Source: Macrostomum lignano
Lineage: Eukaryota
DNA: 64,000 nt
Assembly (NCBI GenBank): GCA_002269645.1
Contig: NIVC01002277.1
Coordinates: 123,823-187,822, forward strand
Reading direction: 5' to 3'
In this document: positions 51,198 to 63,800 of the stretch, piece after piece
How positions within the stretch are numbered: position 1 is the first letter of the stretch
How the letters are laid out: each line of letters begins with the position of its first letter
Made by a program: the position numbers and the translations under genes
The notes under the pieces: model-generated
Told to the model about the DNA's origin: nothing
Database searches by the model: none
Seen by the model: the letters and a program-made list of their open reading frames with translations, nothing else

Positions 51198-51345
51198 ATG
51201 CCAGACCCAGATCTGCTTCAGGAGCAGCAGCTGGTGCTGCTTGAGGACGAGGTGTTCGACTTTGACGACCTGGCCGCCGCGGTTCAGCTGCAGCCGGATG
51301 AGCAGCCGCCGGAGCAGCCGCCTCCGCCGCCGCCGCCGCCGCCAG
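51198..51345 (+). CDS. Orphan protein exon 1 (acidic, poly-Pro); start codon tentative
   Basis: GC-rich frame MPDPDLLQEQQ...PPPPPPPP; phase-1 donor G|GTGAAG. Confidence 0.6.
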
Positions 51346-52173
51346 GTGAAGAGTTTATGAGTGGTGATCAGTCACTCGAAAACTCCCACTTCTAGACACT
51401 GGGGAACAAGCGCCTTGGTATATACTAGGTGTCCTTAGCTTTATCTGTGGGTCGACCAAAACAAGAGCGAATCAGAATTCTTGACGGTCCTCGAGCTCGG
51501 AATTAGGAATAGAACATGCGCCCTAATGAACAATTGAATTCTTTAAATTTCTGTAACAGGTTCTCCAGAAAGGCGTCTTCTTCGTTACGTCCGAAACGTA
51601 ATGGATAACTCAAATCAAATCAATAAATCCTCTAGGAATATATCCTAGGAAATAAGGAGACCTTTTTCAAATGTGTCGACAATAAGTGGCTTTCGTAAAC
51701 TAAATTAATCTACTTATTAGTGCTATAGCAAAGAACTAAATCTGGTAAACGCTTACCAATCGGACAAGTTTAGTCTCTCCGAGATTGGTCTCCTTCTCTT
51801 CTTCTTCTTCAGAGTCATCTCTGAGACCCCTCCAAGTCTGAATTTTTGACTTGGATTTTCGCTTATATTTAAAGTAAAATTTTGGTGAAAACTGGTTTAA
51901 AATCGGTTGTTTACTTAGGTCACACATGTTTGATTAAGAGGCCATTAATATTTGATCATTATATCATATATGGAATTAAGCAAATACAACTCCCGAGAAC
52001 CGGTTCCTTGATCAAATAAACGTTGGTTCTACGTAGGGTTCTGAGTTACTTTTATTTGCACATGACTCATTCTAAAAATCGATATTCTAAAAATAGATTG
52101 CGAGTTTAAGTTGGTTTTCTTAGATGTTACTTTAAGTAGTGCATTACTATCTGACTAACGGCTCTCTACACAG

Positions 52174-52888
52174 GCTCCGCAGCTGAGCAGGACGCCCGCG
52201 ACACTCGCGCGATGATCGCCAGCATGCTGGAGGGCCAGCGCCCGCTGATGACCATGACTGCCATGGACACGGCGCCCTCGGCCTATCTGGAGTATCTGAG
52301 AGTCATCGTCAACTGCGGCCGCCTTCTGCGACAGCCGGCGATGCCGGCGGACCTCCGCCAGTCAGTGGTGGCCCTGCTAGCCAGGGCAAAGCCGCTGTTC
52401 TGTGCCAACGCGTTGAACCTCATCGTCCAGACGATGTCCGCGTCTGTTGGCAGCCGCGGAGACCAGCCGGTCGCCGTCGCGATGCCCGCCTTCTGGAGCG
52501 TCACGTTCAGCCAGCACGAGTGCCGCCTGTGGGTCGACCTGGTGGAGACGCTGCTCTTCTTCTGGGCCGACGGAGGCGGCGGCAGCGGAGGCGGCGGCGC
52601 AGCTTTTGTTGAGTCGTTCGCTTTGGGCCTCCTTGATCGCCTCGCGGAACTGCGTGCCGCCTACGCGTCGCCAACCGCCCAGGACTCCGGTGACGGCATC
52701 GCCGCGGCCGCCTCGATTGACGAATCTCGATCCAGGGCGGAGCGTCTGGCAGCTGAGCTGAGCCGCAGACTGCGACCCCAGCACCTGCTGGCGCTGTCGC
52801 TTGGAGCTGGCGGGACTGGCGGCACCCAAAGCCGAAGACGCGCGCCTCTGGGTTCTTCGTCCAGATCGGGGCCGACAAGAGCTGCAAG
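52174..52888 (+). CDS. Orphan protein exon 2 (predicted alpha-helical)
   Basis: Branch point CTGACTAAC and CTCTCTACACAG acceptor in phase 1; open GC3-rich frame; phase-2 donor AG|GTGCGG. Confidence 0.75.
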
Positions 52889-52964
52889 GTGCGGCGTTAA
52901 AAGCCAGTTCCAGTGGCGGCCTTTGTAACCTTGATTTCGTGCTTTTGTCCTCCCCATCTGCAGT

Positions 52965-53160
52965 CTTTCTCCTTCTTATTTCTGCACTCTTTGTCCTCTT
53001 CATCTCTGCACTTTTTGTCCTCTTCATCTCTGCACTCTTTGTCCGCCTCATCTTTGCACTCTTTGTACTCTTCATCTCTGCACTCTTTGTCCTCCTCATC
53101 GATCTGCACTCTTTGTCCTCCTCATCGATCTGCACTCTTTGTCCTCCTCATCGATCTTCA
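52965..53160. repeat. 24-bp intronic repeat (TGCACTCTTTGTCCTCTTCATCTC-type)
   Basis: About 7 imperfect copies. Confidence 0.8.
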
Positions 53161-53219
53161 CTCTTTGTTTTCAATCGTTTTCCTATAAGCTTCAAATATG
53201 TAAGCACTATTTCTTGCAG

Positions 53220-53964
53220 ATCTTCAACTGCAAACACGACGCGGAAACAGCAGAGACAGACTCAGACGCCGACTCAGAAGCAGCAGCAGCAGTCATCTCT
53301 GCTGGCAGCCGCCTTTGTCTGCTTCTTGGAAGCCGCGGGCGTCCAGCCGCAGCCGCCATCGTCGTTGGAGGCTGCAAAAGCCGCGCTGGAGGGCGTCACA
53401 ATTGAGCAGGCCGGCTCGGCGTTGCGCCTCCACCAGACCGACACGTTCGCCAACAATTTGCCGCGGCTGCAGGGGCTCCGGAAGACGCTGTGCTGCCTGC
53501 CGCCGTCTGCAGCTGACGATGCCGCTGGCTGGCTGCGGTCGCTGCGGACCGAAGTCGAAGCCTCTGCCGCCGCCGCCGGCGTCAACGAGCCCGCCGACCT
53601 CGGCGACTTGCTGGCCAGCTTTGCTGCCTACGCATCCGCCGTCTGCGACTTCGAAGCCGCCTGGCAACGAAACGTTGTCAAGGACGCCGATGCGATGTCG
53701 CCGTTTCTTCTCAGCTGCCTCTCTCGAGTTCTGGCGGGCAACATCGGGCCGGCCAAGGCGGTGCCGGGCTGCTGGGAGGCGCTGCCGGAGACCCTGCGCG
53801 ACGAGCTGGAGCAGCTGTCGGCCCGCCGACTGGCCTCGGTGTCGGCGGCGGCTCAGGACGCGGACGACTCGGACAGCGGCCCGGCGGCCCCGGCAGCCTT
53901 TCACTTTGATGTTGTTGTGCTCAAGCAGGCGGAGATCCGGCCCGAGTTTCTGTCGCCCGAATGA
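53220..53964 (+). CDS. Orphan protein exon 3; total spliced CDS 535 aa
   Basis: TTCTTGCAG acceptor in phase 2; open frame to TGA at 53962-53964. Confidence 0.7.
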
Positions 53965-54752
<788 letters not shown>

Positions 54753-55234
54753 TGCTTTCTAGATGTCATTTTAGAACTAATATTAAAATTTCTAATATTT
54801 TTATATTTGCCGAATTCTGCATGTCATTTTAAAATGCAACGTTTTTATCTAGCTATATAGATTGAGTTTTCAATAAATATTTTCATTTAATTCTGCAGCC
54901 AGTGCTGGAACACCCACTGGAATGTCTTTTGGTCACCGATAGCGCTTAAGTAAACTCAGACACGGCTTGGCCACAAGTGACTTAGTAGTTTTACTACTGA
55001 CTGGGTGACACAGAAGACATTCGAATAAAAATTTAGCGAGTCAAGATTAGATTGGCGTGTACATCGAACTTCGTTGCAGTAAGGTTTAGTCTTAGCAAAG
55101 TGGGAATGATTGTACTTTGGCTGAAATTTTTGTTTAAATATCCGATATTTGACGCGTACGATTCGCTTACTGTAAGTAGAAATGATAGAAAATGCTATCT
55201 AAAGTTTTTCAGAATCCAGTTAAAGCACGCTGCA

Positions 55235-55432
55235 TCAATTTCTGGCCTCGTATCTTTTGCCGCTGGCCATCATAAACACGAAATCGTCGTAGCTGATGCG
55301 ACCGTCGCAGTCGAGGTCCGCCTCTTTGAACATGTCGTCCAGCTCCTCCGGGGTGGCCTCGATGCGCATGCTGACTAGGCTGGCGGCCAGCTCATCGCGG
55401 GTGATGTACCCATCGCCGTCTTTGTCGAACAC
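55235..55432 (-). CDS. Calmodulin-like protein exon 3; total 160 aa, four EF-hands
   Basis: CGCAG acceptor; VFDKDGDGYITRDEL...EADLDCDGRISYDDF; stop. Confidence 0.92.
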   Translation of the reverse strand: MFDKDGDGYITRDELAASLVSMRIEATPEELDDMFKEADLDCDGRISYDDFVFMMASGKRYEARN

Positions 55433-55454
55433 CTGCGCGGGTATGTGGGATCAG

Positions 55455-55690
55455 ATGCTGTGATGCTGTGATCAGAGTGATGCTGTGATCAGAGTGATGC
55501 TGTGATCAGAGTGATGCTGTGATCAGAGTGATGCTGTGATCAGAGTGATGCTGTGATCAGAGTGAGCTGTGATCAGACCGTGATGCTGTGATCAGAGTGA
55601 TCCTGTGATCAGAGTGATGCTGTGATCAGATTGATGCTGTGATCAGAGTGATGCTGTGATCAGAGTGAGATGTGACCAGAGTGAGATTTG
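55455..55690. repeat. 17-bp intronic minisatellite (GTGATGCTGTGATCAGA)
   Basis: Direct. Confidence 0.9.
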
Positions 55691-55712
55691 ACCACAGTAA
55701 ACAGTGCCTGAC

Positions 55713-55835
55713 CTTGAAAGCGCCTCTGGTCTCCTCGGTAGGCGTACGGCGCTGCAGTTTAATCATAATCATTTGCACGAACTCTTCGAACTCGATTGAC
55801 CCGTTGCCATCCTGATCAACTTCGTTAACGATGTC
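55713..55835 (-). CDS. Calmodulin-like protein exon 2
   Basis: CCAACAG acceptor; DIVNEVDQDGNGSIEFEEFVQM...TEETRGAFK; AAG|GTCAGG donor; 123 nt. Confidence 0.92.
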
Positions 55836-55934
55836 CTGTTGGTAGCAAGAAAACTAACTGTAAACAAAATTTTAATTCTCTGTTGTCTTCTCGACTTAGA
55901 AATCGCAGGTATATTATTTTACCATAAGCTGAAC

Positions 55935-56165
55935 TGAGTGACAGGACCGAGTGACAGAGCCGAGTGACAGAACCAGAGTGACGGAGCCGAGCGACGGAGT
56001 CAGAGTGACAGAGCCAGAGTGACAAAACCGAGTGACAGAGCCAGAGTGACGGAGCCCGTGTGACAGAGCCAGAGTGACAGAACCGAGTAACAGAGTCTGA
56101 GTGACAAAACCGAGTGACAGAGCCGGAGTGACAGAACCGAGTGACAGAGCCAGAGTGACAGAACC
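55935..56165. repeat. 13-14-bp intronic minisatellite (GAGTGACAGAACC / GAGTGACAGAGCCA)
   Basis: Direct. Confidence 0.88.
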
Positions 56166-56201
56166 GAATAGCATAAGTCAGCAAGTGAGAATAAGCCTTG
56201 C

Positions 56202-56363
56202 CTTGAGCTCCGAGTCGGTGGGGTTGTGCCCCAGCGACCGCATCGCGTGGCCCAAGTCCTCAACGGTGATGCTGCCGCAGCCGGACCTGTCAAACAAAGT
56301 GAAGACGCTCTTCAGCTGGGCCACCTGCTCCTGTGGAATGCTGCCAATATCGAAGTCAGCCAT
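56202..56363 (-). CDS. Calmodulin-like protein exon 1
   Basis: EQVAQLKSVFTLFDRSGCGSITVEDLGHAMRSLGHNPTDSELK is collinear with calmodulin [43 protein letters not shown]; donor AAG|GCAAGG. Confidence 0.9.
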
Positions 56364-56760
56364 GATTTGCCGAGTTAATCTTCTTCTTCGGTTACAGACT
56401 GCTGCAGCTTGTGAGAAGGCTCTCGGGTCTGCTGCTTATTCAAGTGGGCTTTGTCTGTTGCACTGTACTGGCAGAGTTTTTTGCTATTGTTGCTTATCTG
56501 TCGCTTTGTTGTCCCGGGCCAGCGTTCCCTGCGACCAGCTCAAATTGCTGCGCACTATCGTCCCACTCCACACCGGTGTACGCACAGCTGCATCTGTAAC
56601 CTGCTCTCCTCTCGTCTCTCTCCTCTTCACTGAGGCAGAGGTATTCTGCTTCAATGCAGCAAACCAACGTTTGTACGTGACCAGCTGTTTATTGCTCTCC
56701 ATAGTGTGATTATCAGCAAAAGTTCATGGCGAATTTTTTAAAGTAGTCAGTCAGTAGAAA

Positions 56761-56985
56761 CAGGGGTTGCAAACTCACGGGCCACATGCGGCCCGAGAAG
56801 GCTCTCTATCCGGCCCTCGGCTCCTGTGAAACTTCTCAACAGCAATCCGTCCCGCTCTGGGTTTGTATCTCTTCTCAGCTCTCTCCTCTCTCCTCTTCTC
56901 TGCCCTCTCCTCTCTCCCCTCTCTCCATCGTCTCGTCTCCTGGCCTTCTGTCTTCTCTCCCCTCTTCTCTCATCCCATCTCGGTA
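56761..56985. mobile_element. Truncated hAT-Charlie-like MITE end related to the 39191-39426 element
   Basis: Begins CAGGGGTTGCAAACT..GGGCCACATGCGGCCC; shares TGAAACTTC and TCTCTTCTCAGCTCT with the reverse complement of 39300-39426; no second TIR seen. Confidence 0.55.
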
Positions 56986-57385
56986 TCTCTGATATAAAAG
57001 TGTTTAATTCACTTCACTCTTGTCAGCCTACTGTTAGTAGTTCACAGCAGAACGAACGCGCTCAATTGTAATTAGCTAAACGGGATAGAGCCGTACAGCA
57101 CGGGTTTACAGTTTTCAAAAATGTTCAATCACGCTTGTATTTAGAACGATGGAACTTCCGCGAATTTAGGTGCGTCAAGTGCGCAAGCTACCAGGAGAGC
57201 GCAAGTTCTGAACTCAATCAATCAGTTTTTGTACCTGATAAAGTGATTTTATTGCAACGTAAGATTGTAAGCGCTAGCTAGGCTGGGTACATTCTCATGT
57301 GGCGAAGTTTACACTAAATTGAATTTACAAAGTATAGAAAACTACTGGTCTGTTACTTGAACACTCTCCGCTGGGAGCAGTCGGC

Positions 57386-58630
57386 CTATCTGGTCTCAGT
57401 GATCGGTTCGGAAGAGGTCGCGTCAGCCGCAGATGGTGCGGCAGCCTCGGCGGCCTTGGCCCTCTCCAGCTCGGCAGCGTCCTCCTCCTTGAAGAACTTG
57501 TTGCGCCACAGCCGGTGCACCAGCTCGGTGGTGACCAGGTGGCCGGAGTTCGAGGCGATCAGGCGCAGGAGAAACACTCCGTCGTTGCGCAGGTGCCTGT
57601 TGACAAACTCTTGCAGCGCCGCGGAGTCCCGCTCTCCGTGGTACTTGTCACTGGTGGACAGGTAGCTGTCAATGAAGTCATACTGTTTAAAGGGCAGGCA
57701 GTACAGCAGCCAGTACAAAAGACTGACAATATTAGCTGCCGAGATGACAAGGTACCAGAACCAGAGGAAGACGAAGATCTTCTCGTTGAACAGGTTGACG
57801 GTGAGCACGCACTGCATAGTGTAGGGATGCCGGACATTCAACCGGCGGATCTCGAAGTCGCAGTGGGTGATGCGCGGAAAGATGCCGCTGTTGCGCCAGC
57901 TCTTGCCCTGGACAATCTCGCTGAAGACACCCAAGTCGAAGACGCGGTAGCTGGAGCTCAGCATGCAGCAGACGGCCAGCAGGAGGCCGAAGGAGGCGCA
58001 GAAGAAGAGCATCTTGGTGAACACGTAGCTGAGGATCAGGTAGGACCCGAAGCCGCCGCGCAGGGTCCTGCGAAGCCGCTCAGTGCGACTCTTGCGGTTC
58101 TTGTCATCCAGAGCGAAGATCACCGCCTCCTCGAATGTCTTGGCCAGCGAGACCACAGCCTGAGGCCTCTCAATTGGGTCAACGCTGATCACCGAAGAGG
58201 CATTGTGCACGATGGTCTTCAGGCTGACCCCGGTGCGCGTGTTGAGAATCTTCCACACAATATTGGGCACATTAAGGGCCAGGGCCATGAGCGCCAGGAT
58301 GAAGGGCACGTACTGGTAGTAGTTGATCTCGTACTGACGTCTCACGTGCGCGTGATCCGGCACGCCGGTCTCATTCATGGGCACAAAGTAGGTGTTCTTG
58401 ATCCAGCAGTAGCTCTCCGAATATTTCTCCCATTGTTCGCTGAACTCGGCAGGAATCCAGCACTGCAGCGGCTTGCCAACGTACTGCCTGGCGCTCACGA
58501 CCACGGCAAAGATCACAATCATGATGGACGTGTAATAGTAGTTGAGCCTGTCGGAGAAATCGTTGTCTGACCTCAGAGACGAGTCGGTCAGCTTGAAATC
58601 TCCAACCTTGCTGAAGAAATCCTGATTCAT
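57386..58630 (-). CDS. Innexin (gap-junction/hemichannel protein), 414 aa, intronless CDS
   Basis: DRLNYYYT, QYVGKPLQCWIPAEF, YSESYCW, YYQYVPFIL, PNIVW, FPRITHCDF, QCVLTVNLFNEKIFVFLWFW; four TM segments and two Cys per extracellular loop. Confidence 0.97.
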   Translation of the reverse strand: MNQDFFSKVGDFKLTDSSLRSDNDFSDRLNYYYTSIMIVIFAVVVSARQYVGKPLQCWIPAEFSEQWEKYSESYCWIKNTYFVPMNETGVPDHAHVRRQYEINYYQYVPFILALMALALNVPNIVWKILNTRTGVSLKTIVHNASSVISVDPIERPQAVVSLAKTFEEAVIFALDDKNRKSRTERLRRTLRGGFGSYLILSYVFTKMLFFCASFGLLLAVCCMLSSSYRVFDLGVFSEIVQGKSWRNSGIFPRITHCDFEIRRLNVRHPYTMQCVLTVNLFNEKIFVFLWFWYLVISAANIVSLLYWLLYCLPFKQYDFIDSYLSTSDKYHGERDSAALQEFVNRHLRNDGVFLLRLIASNSGHLVTTELVHRLWRNKFFKEEDAAELERAKAAEAAAPSAADATSSEPITETR

Positions 58631-60393
58631 GACGTCTGTTCAGGACTTCAGGCTGCTGCAAGTAGTAAAGAAAGGGTGGGATTATGTAACTACCAAAGCC
58701 TCGAGGAAGGAAAGGTGAGGGAGCAGAGCGGTATGCCTTGTCCTCAAATAGCCTAAAGTGTTACTTGACTACTCAGTGCACATCCTAAGAGTAAATAAAA
58801 CTGATGGAGCCGCAGGAGTCTGCGCTAGCACTCACAGTTTTCGCCAAGGCGGTCCCAGGTGTTCGTCAGCTCTTCCCTGTGATTATTTTTCCAGGTCTTT
58901 CGAATCGCGCTTCGAGGAAATGGTTGTCTTTTAGAAGCGAAGCGCGCAAGCAAGTTGGAAGGGCAGGGAGGTTGCTAGTTGTCTTTAAAACCGAACTTGG
59001 GAGTGGCAAATTTTCTGCTTTGTTATCTTATCGTAGGTTTTGCAAGACCCTAGCATTGAGCGAGAGAGACAGAGCGCTGAAATGCCGCAGTCTGCATGCC
59101 ACGATTCTCTGATATTGTATCAAACCTGCATGGCTAACCATGAGGCCTGAGAGGCAAATGTCCATTTCTTGTTTCTGGCGCACACTTCGTTGCAGCCTTG
59201 CCTTAATCTATACACTTGGTTGGAACTCAATGATCTATATGCCAGTATGTTCTAAGCTCTTTTTTATAAATTTTTCTTAACTTCTGACTGAGCTAAAGCT
59301 ACCAAAAGCAGAAATATAGCTTCGTCCCTTATCTGCAAAGCATTGTTGAAGATTGTCTAATCTGCAGACGCGCTCTGAAAGCCGAACCATTTATGCAGCG
59401 ACTGCAGCTCGAATCGCTGATTAATTCTCTAGCGGACAGCTATAGGCATACATGTACGAGGTTAATTAAATTTCAAATGCCACTAGGCGCTAATTAATTC
59501 ATTAATCCAAATCTCACAGAGGAGCCTGGTTGCCACAGTGAATTCCACCGCTGAGACGAGTGGCACCTGAGTCTGGCTTGAAATAAGATAATCCTGTTAT
59601 TCGTTTATAGAATATACTATCGAATACAGAAACCAGTCGATGCTGTTCCCAGGAGGAGGAACCAGAAACCTATTGAAATGTGGTGTAATTAAAGAATCTA
59701 ATTTTGAATGCGCTGTGTTTTAAGTCTTGAATGAATCTTTCAAGCATCAAATCGCGGAAATGCAGAGCAGCATCAAAGCGGACTGAGCTAAAGAGACGGA
59801 GGGTGAGGCGGTACACGCAAAGCAATTTTGTATTACGGATTTCTCCAGCCCATGCAGATATTGTCGGATTTAGCAGGAAAAACAAATCCTGTCCGTAGGC
59901 CTGCACAGCTAATCCTGATAGAGGCCTGACAGACCCATGATTAGTGTCGCACTTGTTGCACGTCAAAGTAAGGAATGAAATTTTTCCAAATCTTTTCATT
60001 GTCAATTTATTGCACTAGTTTTTCCCACCTCAGATTTGCTAACCTTGTAGCACGCTGTTCTGCTTCAGATGGAGAATACTGTCATAAGAGTCCTGTTGTT
60101 TAAGGAGGCTGAGGTTTTAGGGAGCCCAGTGCTTTAACATTCGGAGTCATATATACGTCAGATAGCGTCAGGAAAGCTTATTAACTGCAAAGGGGTGACC
60201 GCTAAAGCCGGTATATTAGAGCATATTAGCATACTTAATGCTGATACTTCTACTTGGACTATTCCGGAATAAAAGCCGAATATAGCTAGTGACTTTGAAT
60301 AAATTTTGCAGACCTAATCACCTGGCTAGAGCTTCTGAATTAAGTTATTTAATTGGAATCACCGTCAATTTTTTATCCACTCATAAAATTAAT

Positions 60394-60722
60394 GAGCCTT
60401 GCCCTCTTGCCGAGGGTAAGAAACACAAGGGGTCTGTCTGTGTTTTGGGGTGGGGGTAAGACTCCATAAAATCGATGAGCCTAGCTCCTCTTGCCGAGGG
60501 TAAGAAACACAAGGGTCTGTCTGTGTTTTGGGGTGGGGGTAAGGCCCCATAAAATCGATTAGCCTAGCTCCTCTTGCCGAGGGTAAGAAACACAAGGGGT
60601 CTGTCTGTGTTTTGGGGTGGGGGGTAAGGCCCCATAAAATCGATTAGCCTAGCTCCTCTTGCCGAGGGTAAGAAACACAAGGGGTCTGTCTGTGTTTTGG
60701 GGTGGGGGTAAGGCCCCATAAA
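60394..60722. repeat. ~84-bp tandem repeat, 4 copies
   Basis: GCCTAGCTCCTCTTGCCGAGGGTAAGAAACACAAGGGGTCTGTCTGTGTTTTGGGGTGGGGGTAAGGCCCCATAAAATCGAT repeated. Confidence 0.93.
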
Positions 60723-61842
60723 AGGTATACATGTGATTTTAGGGTTGTGCCTTGAGACCCTCATATGTGTGTATCGCACTACGTACAACCTGCAGCCCAA
60801 ATGAATGTGTTTGCGCACAGAGACGAACCAAGGGTCGTGGTTTGCTTTTACCACTGAGCTTCATACGAGCTAATGCATATACACGGGTAAGCCGCAACAG
60901 GGAGAGTTTCGATGTAAAAGCCCTGCAGAAGAACCCAGCTGGAAGCCAGGAAAGGTGAGGTGTCGGACTAAAATAGACCCAAGCTGAGAGCTGACGCGTG
61001 CAGCAGATTAACTTAACAGAGCGACAGCTTGAATTTTGAGAACAGGGGATGACATTAATTGAATATACAAAAGTGAGCGCTACATTGCAACGACTTTAAA
61101 TTAGGACAAAAAAGTTCAATTCAACATCAATGGTAAGCTAATGTGGTTCTTTAAGAATCAGCTTGGATTCTGATTTACGGGCAATTCAGTTACTAATCAC
61201 TTTCACCTTTTTTCTTTTCTCACCTGTCAGATGAAGCTCGGTAAATTCGCTCCGCTTTGTTAATAAATATTTAATTGTTAAAAACACGCAGGGAGAAAAT
61301 TTCATCAAAGTCACTCAAAAATTGAAGCGCGTGCCATATTTAATTGAATCTGTCAGAATGAATGACGCGGCTCAGGTCTGTGATTTTTCCCCCAAAAAAA
61401 TTAATTAAAATGAGTCTAACAGTTCTCGCACATAAATACTTAATTGCTCTTGAGACTTGACGGCTTTGTGCTTGTCAGAAATCCATTAAAAGCAAGACGA
61501 AAATTAGATTTCAATTAGCCAGATGAGACCCGTAGGAAAGATTCAGTGATTATTCGGAGGCGTAAAGAATTTTCCATTTTTAGTCTGATTCTCCGGCAAT
61601 CAATTATTCGCGTCATAATTATTTTGTTCAGACAGCGAACGATGCCGTTCAGTGTCTGATGATTTTCACGGACGCGGTGTAGGCCCAGCACGAGGACGGA
61701 CAAAGCTAGGGTCTTGGAAATTTTCAGCTTACAAACAGGCTGTACTTTTAAATTTTTTAAAAAGATATCACTCTAGAAGTAGTCACTGTCAGTAATTAGT
61801 CAATCTCAACGCGTGAGTTGCCACTCCTGCTGGTCCTCGCCT

Positions 61843-62873
61843 CTAGCAGACAGCTCCGCCCTCCGCAGTCGCTGCAGCCCTTCGTGAACGCCTCTGCAGC
61901 CGCTGCTGCTGCAGACTCCGCTGTTGCCGCCGTCTCTGGCCGGCTTGACGGCAGGCCAAAATGCGCCGCATCATCTGCTGTCGGAAGCTGGCGCTCAGGC
62001 ACAGCAGCACAAACAGATTCAGGCAGGTGTCGGCAACAATCAGCAGGTGGTTGATTCTGTACAGAATGTGCACGTCTCGGCGAACTCCTTGGGAAAGCCG
62101 GCCTTGTTGCCGTTAGCGATCGTCCAGATGATGCCGACGTACACCACCAGTGCGTACGGCAGCTCCAGCAGAGCGAAGGCCACGGCGATGCTCACTACGA
62201 TGCGGCTGGCCTGGGCCTCCCTGCGCTGAAACTGAAACACGTTGGTGCGCCGCACCCGGTGCACGATGAGCGCGGAGGCGCCAGCGATCACCGTCCCGGC
62301 GGCCACGGTGTTCAAGAAGTGTCTCAGCAGGGCCAGCGCGCGTCCAGCCAGTTTGGCCACCGAGTTTGGCGCGCAGCTGACCAGCGTCAGGTCCAGGCAG
62401 CTCCAGGCGGCGCTGGCTAGCCCGAAGCCGGTGAACAGGCAAGCCTGACGCTTCGGCGCCATCGAGTCGCGGGATTGCAACGGACGAGCAACGGCCTTGG
62501 CCCTGGCGACAGTCATGGCACAAAGCCAGAAATTGCGCAACAGATGCCAGGCCTCAAAGCTGTAGTTGAATTTGTCCAGAATGTCAACAGCCGAGCTGCA
62601 GCTTGGCGTCCAGACCTCAGCGTGCATCACCAGCAGGGACAGGTTCATGCCGATCTCTGCCGCGGCCAGCAGCGGAATTCCCTTGGCGCCGGTGCGGGGC
62701 CGCGGGGTCCGAGCGAGCAGCACCACCAGACCGCAGTTGAGCACCAGAGCGAGCAGGCTGAGAGCCTGGATGGCCACGGCCAGCTGGCGCGATGTCGGAC
62801 CGGGATCCGGGAACTGGATGGCAGCCGACAGCGAGTCGGTGTCGTTTGTAGCATCGCAGAGAACTGGAATCAT
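61843..62873 (-). pseudogene. Orphan class A-like GPCR with a frameshift between TM6 and TM7 (pseudogene or assembly indel)
   Basis: TM1-TM6 in frame 62927..62040 (LVLN, LAAAE, ARAKAVARPL, LLELP); TM7 and helix 8 (INHLLIVADTCLNLFVLLCLSASFRQQM) in frame 62073..61843. Confidence 0.75.
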
Positions 62874-63084
62874 GTTGATGCTTAGCCTGGGTATTGCGTG
62901 AAGATGAAGCTGGGAAGCTGTCTGCATTGGATTTATTGCTAAAGTATTTCTCTGTCCTGCCTGCCTTAGGCGACATCGAGTCCAATAGAAAGCCGTATGG
63001 GGATTTTCATCCCTAAATTTTCTTCCTTTCCCATCCTCACTCCGTCAGAGGTGAGCCGCACTGTAGACAGATGGGGTTGGCAAG

Positions 63085-63800
63085 AATGACCGACAACCTG
63101 ATTGTTTCTGAAATGACCGACAACCTGATTGTTTCTGAAATGACCGACAACCTGAGGGTTTCTGAAATGACCGACAACCTGACGGTTTCTGAAATGACCG
63201 ACAACCTGACGGTTTCTGAAATGACCGACAACCTGAGGGTTTCTGAAATGACCGACAACCTGACGGTTTCTGAAATGACCGACAACCTGACGGTTTCTGA
63301 AATGACCGACAACCTGAGGGTTTCTGAAATGACCGACAACCTGACGGTTTCTGAAATGACCGACAACCTGAGGGTTTCTGAAATGACCGACAACCTGAGG
63401 GTTTCTGAAATGACCGACAACCTGAGGGTTTCTGAAATGACCGACAACCTGAGGGTTTCTGAAATGACCGACAACCTGACGGTTTCTGAAATGACGACAA
63501 CCTGAGGGTTTCTGAAATGACCGACAACCTGAGGGTTTCTGAAATGACCGACAACCTGAGGGTTTCTGAAATGACCGACAACCTGAGGGTTTCTGAAATG
63601 ACCGACAACCTGAGGGTTTCTGAAATGACCGACAACCTGAGGGTTTCTGAAATGACCGACAACCTGAGGGTTTCTGAAATGACCGACAACCTGAGGGTTT
63701 CTGAAATGACTGATAAACCAGAGGGTTTCTGAAATGACCGACAACCTGACGGTTTCTGAAATGACCGACAACCTGAGGGCGTCTAAAGTGACTGATAAAC
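63085..63800. repeat. 27-bp minisatellite (GAAATGACCGACAACCTGAGGGTTTCT)
   Basis: Direct periodicity, about 26 copies. Confidence 0.96.

Noticed and set aside
52290-52335. VNCGRLL as a Bcl-2 BH1 (NWGR) motif in the orphan protein
   Set aside because: The Trp is absent and the surrounding BH1/BH2 pattern is missing; likely a chance resemblance.
57515-58570. 351-aa plus-strand ORF
   Set aside because: Antisense shadow of the innexin CDS.
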